Below are positions 56,962 to 64,000 of a stretch of DNA of 64,000 nucleotides, piece by piece (position 1 is the stretch's first letter; each line of letters opens with the position of its first letter). This DNA is from a virus. Both the position numbers and the translations under genes were made by a program. The stretch covers positions 80,421 to 144,420 of IMG/VR virus record IMGVR_UViG_3300022752_000023. One strand, written 5' to 3'. The notes beneath the pieces are model-generated. The model was not told the DNA's origin. It saw only the letters and a program-made list of their open reading frames with translations, and searched no databases.

Positions 56962-59900
56962 TTACGTATTATCTTCCACAATATGAACCGGGGTGTCCAC
57001 CTCTATTTCGCCGCGGCGGTATGCCTGTACAGCGTCCTGCTTGCTACGAAACACACGTGGTTTGGCTTTTTTACTAATCCGGCTAGACGCTAAGTATAAC
57101 CCGGTTTGGTAGTCTTTGTTAGGAACGTAGTGCGCGCGAAACGTCGATGTCGCGAACAAATTCTTGCTCGGCAGCATTTTTTCAACGGCTTCTTTCGCGG
57201 CGTCTTCTGTGCTTGGAACGTGATACTGCATCGCATCACCGTCAAAGTCGGCGCCAAACCCTTTGGTGATTACAGGGTTCACTTCCATGACTTTGTTTTT
57301 AGTTAACTTGGGATAGAAAGCCATCATACCGTAGCGATGAAGTACCGGGGCGCGGTTGATAACAATCGGCCGCGACGACATCTGCTGATTTAACTCAGCA
57401 AACGCTTCTTTGTTTTTATCTTCAACGGCCTGCATAGCTTGCATGCGCGGAAGGCCGCGGCGAACAAGCCCCCGAACAACGAACGGCTTGTAAATATCCC
57501 ACGCTTTCTCTTCTGGCAGCGCAACTTCATCCATATCAAGGTCGGGATTTGGTGTAATGACGGCGCGACCGACAAGGTCTACCGTCGAACTGAGCAGCTT
57601 GCGCTGAACAGTGCCGTATTTTGGCGAGTTACCAAACACGTGGCGTAGAAAACCTTTGACGTTGCGCTCGACGTTTTTAGGCTGCTGCGGCTCACCCAAT
57701 CCGGTAACAGCCTTCATCGAGTCATACATGCTCAGCCGTTCGTCGCCGTAGTCGGCTAGCGCGCCAGAAGCTTCTTTCAGCGTATCGTTAGCGTCGAGCA
57801 ATTCTTTGTACAGATAATTTGCGTCGGCCACGAGAGGTAACTTTTTACTGCCCATTGTGCTCACGGGCCTGAAGAGCGGCGGTAGCACCGGGACTTTACT
57901 AATCATCCAGTCCTTGGGGTGCACACCAGTTGTTTCAGCGCTCTTTAAGAAACCAAGCCGACGCACAGCAGCGTCGCGCAGCGTTTTACGCCCGGATTTA
58001 ATATCTAAACGCGCCTGCTCGATCGCCTTCGGCAAATTAATGCGTTCCAGCGCGTTTTTGATCGCGATCGGACCTGTTTTGTCGCCCAGCTGTTCGCGCC
58101 CAGCAAGGACGCCGCGAAACTGCTTTTCCGTTAAGCCCAGCACGCGGCGAATCGGGTCTTCCATAACTGGATTCGGCATCGGCTCATGTAGCGTGATCTT
58201 GCTCCACCGATTACCGCCGTGGCCGCCGGTAAGTGTTTCGTCAAACAGGCCACCCGCGATGGGTTTAAGCCGTCCCTTCCAGTCTACGGTCTCGGAACTC
58301 TTCAGCTCTCGCGGGCCGGCCAGTTCATCCACGTCTTTATCGGTCATCGCCATCAGGTTTGAACGCGTGCCCTTTCGCACGACGTTGATGCCAGACGCTT
58401 TTAACTGAGTGACAAACTTCTCATAAACGTGCGGCACTTTGGGTAGCGGCGGAGTGTAACCAGCCATGAACTGCGACCAGTACTCGGGGTTGGCTTGTCC
58501 GCGCACCATCTTGGCGTCGCGAATAACTTTGCCCGCGCCGTGCGACAGCAGCGCGCCGAGATCTAACATGCCGATTCGCTTTGCGCCTTCGCTGCCGCCC
58601 TTTGCCGGCGTGCCTTCGGCGGTATACGCGCCCATTGACCGGCCTTGGGCTTTCGACTCGCTGGTGTGATGCAACTTCATAAAAAAACGATTACCGGTGA
58701 GCACGCCGCCAATTTTTCGCCCGGTCTCTGGGTCGATAACGTCTTCGGTGTCTGACAAACCGTGCTTCGCGAGTTCTTTCTGCGCAAACTCAATCAGATC
58801 GTTTTTGTTATCAAAGTCTTTAAGCTTGTATGGCGAACCAGTTTTCGCGGCGACTTTGCCCAGCGCGGCTTCAATCACTTGCGCCGGGTTAATACGACTG
58901 ATCAGACCTAACGGCGAAACAAGCACTTCAAAAGGATTGCCGTCGCGATCTTTGGGCATCTGATCGTCGGGAACAATCTCGGCGACGACGCCCTTGTCTC
59001 CAAAACGCCCGGTGAGCTTGTCGCCAACGTCCATGGGGGACTGATTCTTCACCACAACGCTCACACCCTTTTTGGTGTGCATAACGTCAGTCACGATACC
59101 GGGCGCGTGGTGATCCCACGTAATAGTTTCATTGGTGAAGTTGCCGGCACGACCACGATGAACTTTGCCGTATACGGTGTCTTTCTTTTTAGCTACCAAT
59201 ACGAGCGGATCGCCAAATTTGACTTCGGTGCCTTTTTTAATTGCTCCGTTGTCGTCAAAGTTATCGAGATACTTTTTATCGTACTCTGCGGGAAACAAAC
59301 TCACGAACGCCTTCTTGCCAACGTGAGTGTTGTCGTCCCACTCGGCTTCGTGCTGATACATGTGCTCAGACGTCAACCGTTTGGAGGCAGATTCAGAAAT
59401 AACAACCGCGTCTTCGTAGTTCTTGCCGCGAAAGGGCAGGTAAGCCGTACGCAAGTTCAACCCCAACGCCGCGCTACCGTTTTGGTCAGTAAAGTTGGAC
59501 CGAGCCAAAAGCTGTCCCGGCTCAACGACATCGCCCGGTTTAACAAGCGGCGTCTGATGTAAAAACGTTTTGCGGTTGTACGGCATCTCGTTGTATAAAT
59601 CGATCGTCTTCTTATTGCCGTCTTTGTCGCGCAGCACAATACCGTCTGGCGTCACATCGACGACTTGCGCGCGTTCGGTCGCGCGAGTCGCGCCCAACTT
59701 CTCGCCCATCTCGTCTTCGTGCGAAACTTTGTCGTCATCGGCTTTAGCAGACTGCAGCAGCGGCGCCTCGGCGTTTACGAGTGGCAACGCCTGCGTAAAC
59801 ATTCGGCTACCCATGATCACGCGATGACCCTTGATCATCGATTTGATGGGCACCATGTTGGTCAGCGCAGAGAACGTGCTATCCATGTTCGGCAAACCAA

Positions 59901-61365
59901 ATTGCGCTTCTTTTCGCGGCACATACTTTAATTTGCCGTTTACGAGCGCTGCGACAACCGGTAGGTCGTTGTCTTCTTCACCCGGAAACACAAGCGGCGT
60001 ATCGGCCAGTTCTTGCGGCGTCTTATACACTTTCTCGCCGGTTTTCATATCGACAACTGGCGTATAGACCTTGCCGTCAGCGCCCTTCATAGCGCCACGA
60101 GCAAAGCGCATATCGACACCCACTTTGCCCGATTCCGGCGTGCGCAAGTAGTCAATAAACCCAAGATGGCTCGGCTGCACAGAACGCGACTCAGCCGGCA
60201 CTGCGTCGAGCGAGCCAATCCCGCCCTCGCCCATGCGCGTAACACGAGTCTGGTGGTCAAAGATTTCGGCTGGATTGATCTCTTCTAAACTCGATCCCAG
60301 CCCGCTGCCTATAAGCGCCGCAGAAATCGCCTTGTCAAACACACCAGACGGAATGTGATCGATCGACTTCTTCGCCGTGGCTTTCCACAGAAGTTTGTTT
60401 AACCCTTGCCGGTCTTTAATAAACCTTTCAGCAATCAGGTCTTCGGGGCCGACGACTGACTGATACACCATGTTGTCGCGGTCGTCGCTCTCGGCCTCGC
60501 GGCGATTCACGGCAATCAACTTCTTCGTAATCGCCAGAATCGTTTCCGGCGTCATGTTCTTGTATTCGGCGCCAAGCGTACGGCGTGTGACTTCCGGGTC
60601 CAATTCGGTCTTGGCAAACTCAGCGGCAATGGCCTGCGCTTTCGCGATGGCGTCCGCGCCAGCGACGGGTTTGTTTACGAGACGCGCATAGATCTTGTCC
60701 ATCGTGCCGGCGTCGCCCTTCTCCATGTTGACGGCGGTAATCTCGTTGCCCCACGCCGAACGAATGTCCTGATCGGAAACACCCATGGATTTGAGCAGCG
60801 GCATGAGCGGGATCTGTGCCTGCCCGATGCTGATCTTGAAAACGCCGGTCTTTGGGTCGAGAAAGTACCGGTGCGATCGGCCTTTCCCCGGAAGCGTGTT
60901 TACGTGCGCTTCGATCTCGCCGTTATCTTTCTCGCGGGTAAACACGCCCGGACGTAAGCGCATCTGGTGCGCGAGAGTGTACTCTACGCCGCCGTTCACA
61001 AACGTGCCGGAGTCGGTGAGATACGGCACGTGGGCGATCGTGGCGCGGCGCTGACCGACGGATTGGCCGGTTTTGTTATCAACGAGCGTCCACGTTCCCT
61101 GCAGCCGCCGGGCAAGTGTCCCCCGGGAGAGGACGGCTTTCTTTTGATCTGCCCGTGTAAAACGTTCAGGTCCGGTGTACCCGACGTCTTGAAGCTGCAG
61201 CGTATACAGATCGTTCTGCAGCGGTTTTAAACTTTGCGCGCTGGTCAGCGCTTGGTTAAAAATGTTGTCGCGCATCGTGCCAACGTCGCCAAACGTGCGC
61301 ATTGTCGGCGCAACGGGTGCGGAAAGCGGCGCGGGCGCTTTAAGCGGCGGTAACTCGGGGGTCAT
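56962..61365 (-). CDS. rpoBC: DNA-directed RNA polymerase beta fused to the N-terminal part of beta' (1467 aa)
   Basis: beta: GTFVNGG, TPESGKVG, NYEDA, GDKLTGRFGDKGV, MKLHH; then beta': GGLFD, PVLPP.FRP, GRAVI, NRAPVLH, catalytic ADFDGD. Confidence 0.95.
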   Translation of the reverse strand: MTPELPPLKAPAPLSAPVAPTMRTFGDVGTMRDNIFNQALTSAQSLKPLQNDLYTLQLQDVGYTGPERFTRADQKKAVLSRGTLARRLQGTWTLVDNKTGQSVGQRRATIAHVPYLTDSGTFVNGGVEYTLAHQMRLRPGVFTREKDNGEIEAHVNTLPGKGRSHRYFLDPKTGVFKISIGQAQIPLMPLLKSMGVSDQDIRSAWGNEITAVNMEKGDAGTMDKIYARLVNKPVAGADAIAKAQAIAAEFAKTELDPEVTRRTLGAEYKNMTPETILAITKKLIAVNRREAESDDRDNMVYQSVVGPEDLIAERFIKDRQGLNKLLWKATAKKSIDHIPSGVFDKAISAALIGSGLGSSLEEINPAEIFDHQTRVTRMGEGGIGSLDAVPAESRSVQPSHLGFIDYLRTPESGKVGVDMRFARGAMKGADGKVYTPVVDMKTGEKVYKTPQELADTPLVFPGEEDNDLPVVAALVNGKLKYVPRKEAQFGLPNMDSTFSALTNMVPIKSMIKGHRVIMGSRMFTQALPLVNAEAPLLQSAKADDDKVSHEDEMGEKLGATRATERAQVVDVTPDGIVLRDKDGNKKTIDLYNEMPYNRKTFLHQTPLVKPGDVVEPGQLLARSNFTDQNGSAALGLNLRTAYLPFRGKNYEDAVVISESASKRLTSEHMYQHEAEWDDNTHVGKKAFVSLFPAEYDKKYLDNFDDNGAIKKGTEVKFGDPLVLVAKKKDTVYGKVHRGRAGNFTNETITWDHHAPGIVTDVMHTKKGVSVVVKNQSPMDVGDKLTGRFGDKGVVAEIVPDDQMPKDRDGNPFEVLVSPLGLISRINPAQVIEAALGKVAAKTGSPYKLKDFDNKNDLIEFAQKELAKHGLSDTEDVIDPETGRKIGGVLTGNRFFMKLHHTSESKAQGRSMGAYTAEGTPAKGGSEGAKRIGMLDLGALLSHGAGKVIRDAKMVRGQANPEYWSQFMAGYTPPLPKVPHVYEKFVTQLKASGINVVRKGTRSNLMAMTDKDVDELAGPRELKSSETVDWKGRLKPIAGGLFDETLTGGHGGNRWSKITLHEPMPNPVMEDPIRRVLGLTEKQFRGVLAGREQLGDKTGPIAIKNALERINLPKAIEQARLDIKSGRKTLRDAAVRRLGFLKSAETTGVHPKDWMISKVPVLPPLFRPVSTMGSKKLPLVADANYLYKELLDANDTLKEASGALADYGDERLSMYDSMKAVTGLGEPQQPKNVERNVKGFLRHVFGNSPKYGTVQRKLLSSTVDLVGRAVITPNPDLDMDEVALPEEKAWDIYKPFVVRGLVRRGLPRMQAMQAVEDKNKEAFAELNQQMSSRPIVINRAPVLHRYGMMAFYPKLTKNKVMEVNPVITKGFGADFDGDAMQYHVPSTEDAAKEAVEKMLPSKNLFATSTFRAHYVPNKDYQTGLYLASSRISKKAKPRVFRSKQDAVQAYRRGEIEVDTPVHIVEDNT

Positions 61366-61368
61366 GGC

Positions 61369-62220
61369 TCACCCCGCTTGCGACTGCGCGGCCTGCTGCT
61401 TCAACGCAATAATCTCGTCGGGGTCGACGTACGTAGGCAGAATGCCGGCAATGCGCGCCTTCGATTTCGCAGCCTCTTCCACGGCTTTGGCGCGCGACCG
61501 ATCACGAGCACGGTCGTACATCAGCTTGGCGGCCAGCCCGCCCAGACCAAGTCCCGCGCCAACATACGCGCCGCCGACTGTGGCCGGAACTCGTTTGGCG
61601 ATGTCATACGCGTCGGTCAGCCACTCTAGCAGCGCCTTCTTTTCTGACGCGGCTTTTTCACTTGCGGCGTCGTATGCGCTGTCTAACTTTTTGCCCCCGC
61701 CACCAGTGAGCGCGTCGTAATACTCTTTTTCAGCCGCGGCAATCTGATCTTGCTGCTCACGCCGCTTTTTTCTCTTGTGAAGTGCTTCAATAAGCTTGTA
61801 CCCGCCGAGACCGCCCAAAGCCGCGGCGCCAAATGTCGCACCTGTTCCGAATGACGACCGTAGAATGTTCGGGTCGTAGGAGTTTGGGTTTTTGTTTGTA
61901 GCTGGCGTGAACGGCCGCAAAAAACTTACCCACGTGTCCGGCAGCATTTTGCCGACACCCTCAGTGATGTTGTCGTAAATGCCGGCCGCTTTTGTTTCAG
62001 TAATCTTTGGCGTCTCTTCTTCCTCTTCTTCTTTTGGCTTATTTAACGCCTGAGATAACCCGCGGGCCAAATAATAAAGACTAGCAGCACCAGCGCCAGC
62101 GCCAAGCCCACCAAGACCAGTACGGATAATACGATCGCCCCAAAAACGCTGGTAGTCTTGGGCTGTAGGCGCGCCCACAGGGGCAGTTGGCAGCACGGCA
62201 TTGTTGGCTCGTTTATCCAT
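61369..62220 (-). CDS. Glycine-zipper head-internal (candidate ejection) protein
   Basis: Three Gly-rich hydrophobic segments; KAAG/KAAS sites; no Cys. Confidence 0.75.
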   Translation of the reverse strand: MDKRANNAVLPTAPVGAPTAQDYQRFWGDRIIRTGLGGLGAGAGAASLYYLARGLSQALNKPKEEEEEETPKITETKAAGIYDNITEGVGKMLPDTWVSFLRPFTPATNKNPNSYDPNILRSSFGTGATFGAAALGGLGGYKLIEALHKRKKRREQQDQIAAAEKEYYDALTGGGGKKLDSAYDAASEKAASEKKALLEWLTDAYDIAKRVPATVGGAYVGAGLGLGGLAAKLMYDRARDRSRAKAVEEAAKSKARIAGILPTYVDPDEIIALKQQAAQSQAG

Positions 62221-62232
62221 TGTTTGTGCTCA

Positions 62233-62580
62233 CTAATGTTTGGGCGGAATCATGCCGTACACCTGCGCCCACTCCAACCAGACCCGAAAATGTTTATGTT
62301 CGTCGTCCCAGTTGTCCGTGCGCTTTAACAGCCGATACCAGCCGTTCACCATCTTATCATTTATATCGTCAAATTCTGCCTTCTGAGTAGGATCCCACAG
62401 CTCGAACATACGAGACTTGAAATCATACTGTAAATCTATATTTTCCAGCTCATCTTGCTTCAGATCGGGGCGGTGACCCGCGCCAATTACCGGAAAGCCG
62501 TCGAGCGTGCCGGGCCAGTTCAATCGGGCGTTATTGTGCTGCGTGCCGCCAATTTCGCCGTGATACTTGCGAAGGCTCAC
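62233..62580 (-). CDS. Hypothetical protein (115 aa)
   Basis: Packed ORF. Confidence 0.7.
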   Translation of the reverse strand: MSLRKYHGEIGGTQHNNARLNWPGTLDGFPVIGAGHRPDLKQDELENIDLQYDFKSRMFELWDPTQKAEFDDINDKMVNGWYRLLKRTDNWDDEHKHFRVWLEWAQVYGMIPPKH

Positions 62581-62583
62581 AAA

Positions 62584-62940
62584 TTACCTTTCTGGACGGT
62601 AAAGACGTAACTTCCTGTTGGTCTTCGCCCGCGCAGCGTACGCTTTGTAGGCAGCAGCCAGTTCGCGGGCTTTGATATCTTCTTCGTCGACGTCTGGTTC
62701 GGTCATCTTACCGGCGACGTGGCCTGCCAAGCCGCCACCGACGGTCGCGAGCATGAGTGGCGCATACGCAATATTCCCGAGCGCCCGCCACGAGTCGCCA
62801 AGCGCCGGCAGTTCCAGCGCAGCTTTTACAAACGCATCCGCGGCGTCGAGACGTTGCACAAGAGCCGGACCGGTCAGCTGCTCTTCGGCGCACCGTTGAA
62901 GAAAACCCAGCTTAAAAGCTTCTTTTTCAGTGACGTCCAT
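62584..62940 (-). CDS. Small glycine-zipper protein with K-x-A sites
   Basis: EKEAFKLGF, FVKAA, VGGGLAGHVAG. Confidence 0.7.
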   Translation of the reverse strand: MDVTEKEAFKLGFLQRCAEEQLTGPALVQRLDAADAFVKAALELPALGDSWRALGNIAYAPLMLATVGGGLAGHVAGKMTEPDVDEEDIKARELAAAYKAYAARAKTNRKLRLYRPER

Positions 62941-62941
62941 G

Positions 62942-63436
62942 TCAGAAATCTCCGGGCAAAATAAGTTTCTTTGTGGGCGCGCCGACTGTAAAGTCGGGTG
63001 TTACATGCTTGCCGGTATCCTTACCAAGCGGTAACGCGCCCGGCAGCGTCGATGTAAAGTTAGCGCCACTGGCCAAAGATATCTTACTCTTTCTGCCCGG
63101 TCGGTGCCGCATAAACCACGCGTCGACTACCGGATCATTACGGTCGCCCTGCTCTTTCGCTTCTTTTGTGACCGCAATCATATCCTCGATTGCCCGCTGT
63201 AAAGCGGCCCGGTCCGCCGATAACCACGCGGCTTTAGCCGGATTTTCGGCCGCTATCATGCGCAGCCGTTTGGCCTCGTCGCTGATGGCCTGCGCCCGCT
63301 GTAAAAATTCTTTACGGGTGAGGACGAAAAATTCGCCGGTCTCTTCGTCATGCAGGCAGATAAAGCCATTTTTGGCGTAAAACTTCAGACTGCCGTATGT
63401 ATAACACTTTCCGGTCGTTCCGTGTCCGGCGGGCAT
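62942..63436 (-). CDS. Hypothetical protein (164 aa)
   Basis: Packed ORF, AAGGTG SD. Confidence 0.7.
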   Translation of the reverse strand: MPAGHGTTGKCYTYGSLKFYAKNGFICLHDEETGEFFVLTRKEFLQRAQAISDEAKRLRMIAAENPAKAAWLSADRAALQRAIEDMIAVTKEAKEQGDRNDPVVDAWFMRHRPGRKSKISLASGANFTSTLPGALPLGKDTGKHVTPDFTVGAPTKKLILPGDF

Positions 63437-63444
63437 TAAGCACC

Positions 63445-63813
63445 TTACTTGCGGGGGATCGGGCAGCTACCGTCTTCACAATCGTTCAGCGGAGCAGGCG
63501 GTAACGGTTTTACTTGCAGCTTCATCGCCGGGTTTAAACCGTTGCTCTGCATGCTAACTTTGTCGCCAGTCTTCGGCTCGCAGTCGGGGCAATCGGTCCA
63601 CGGGTGATTGCTGTCGCCGGTCGGGATCTTGCCGGTGCCCTTGCAGCGCGTGCAGTCTTTCGTGTCGACTAACGGTTTTGTTACCGGCGAATCAGGAAGC
63701 AAAGCAGCGTAAGCAACCTCTGCAGCGACCAGCCCGACATAGTCTTTTTTGGGCGGTTCGGCATAAGTCACCGGCGAAAGCGCTAATAGCCATTCGAACA
63801 TGATTGTGCTCAC
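63445..63813 (-). CDS. Small Cys-rich protein with DnaJ-like CxxCxGxG zinc finger
   Basis: CTRCKGTG...CPDC; C-terminal CEDGSCP; hydrophobic N-terminus. Confidence 0.7.
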   Translation of the reverse strand: MSTIMFEWLLALSPVTYAEPPKKDYVGLVAAEVAYAALLPDSPVTKPLVDTKDCTRCKGTGKIPTGDSNHPWTDCPDCEPKTGDKVSMQSNGLNPAMKLQVKPLPPAPLNDCEDGSCPIPRK

Positions 63814-63832
63814 ACAAGAGATTAAATACTAA

Positions 63833-64000
63833 TCAGATAAACCCGCGGGCGCCGTAACTCTTCAGCTTCTTCGGCGGCCAACCGTTTACTCCCGAGATCG
63901 CCACCATGTAACGATTTTTGATATCAGACCATCGAGCCCAGAAAGCACCAACAGGAATGTCGATGTTAGTACCAAAAATACGGCGGCTTCCGTCATTCCA
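63833..64000 (-). CDS. 3' end of a gene, possibly a papain-like (C1) peptidase
   Basis: WNDG...P.GAFW...A.SG..GWP..L resembles the region after the NSWG motif; catalytic residues lie outside the window. Confidence 0.4.
   Translation of the reverse strand, partial: WNDGSRRIFGTNIDIPVGAFWARWSDIKNRYMVAISGVNGWPPKKLKSYGARGFI

Noticed and set aside
54102-61365. RNAP genes as a host rpoBC operon, pseudogene or intron/intein-split gene
   Set aside because: No ribosomal protein neighbours; catalytic motifs intact; intervening ORFs have their own start signals and no splicing or homing endonuclease signatures
1-64000. Alternative genetic code, tRNA or rRNA genes
   Set aside because: The standard code gives dense, full-length ORFs ending in all three stop codons; no cloverleaf or rRNA-like segment seen in the short intergenic gaps

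Overview
This 64-kb window is the virion morphogenesis region of a large, uncharacterised contractile-tailed (myovirus-like) phage. Every credible gene is on the minus strand in one tightly packed run. In transcription order (right to left) it holds small unknown proteins and glycine-zipper proteins, then a bacterial-type multisubunit RNA polymerase (beta fused to the N-terminal part of beta', with the rest of beta' in a separate gene). Next come head-internal proteins, prohead protease, scaffold, decoration and major capsid protein, neck, tail sheath and tube, spike, chaperones and tape measure. The baseplate block has a sigma70-family gene embedded in it and is followed by a long Cys-rich fibre/collagen module. 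Four features stand out. (1) The RNAP chains and the sigma factor contain no cysteine and both beta' zinc sites are lost, whereas external tail proteins are very Cys-rich; this suggests a virion-packaged, injected sigma-dependent RNAP. (2) About ten covarying stem-loops with a CANGGANG (CsrA/RsmA-type) hexaloop sit on the ribosome-binding sites or start codons of major structural genes. (3) A K-x-A motif pervades head-internal proteins and is a candidate prohead-protease cleavage signal. (4) There is a five-member Cys-rich paralog family and a giant repeat/collagen fibre. I recognised no portal, terminase, RNAP alpha subunit, tRNA, rRNA or CRISPR array. All assignments come from motif recognition and gene order; no database searches were run.
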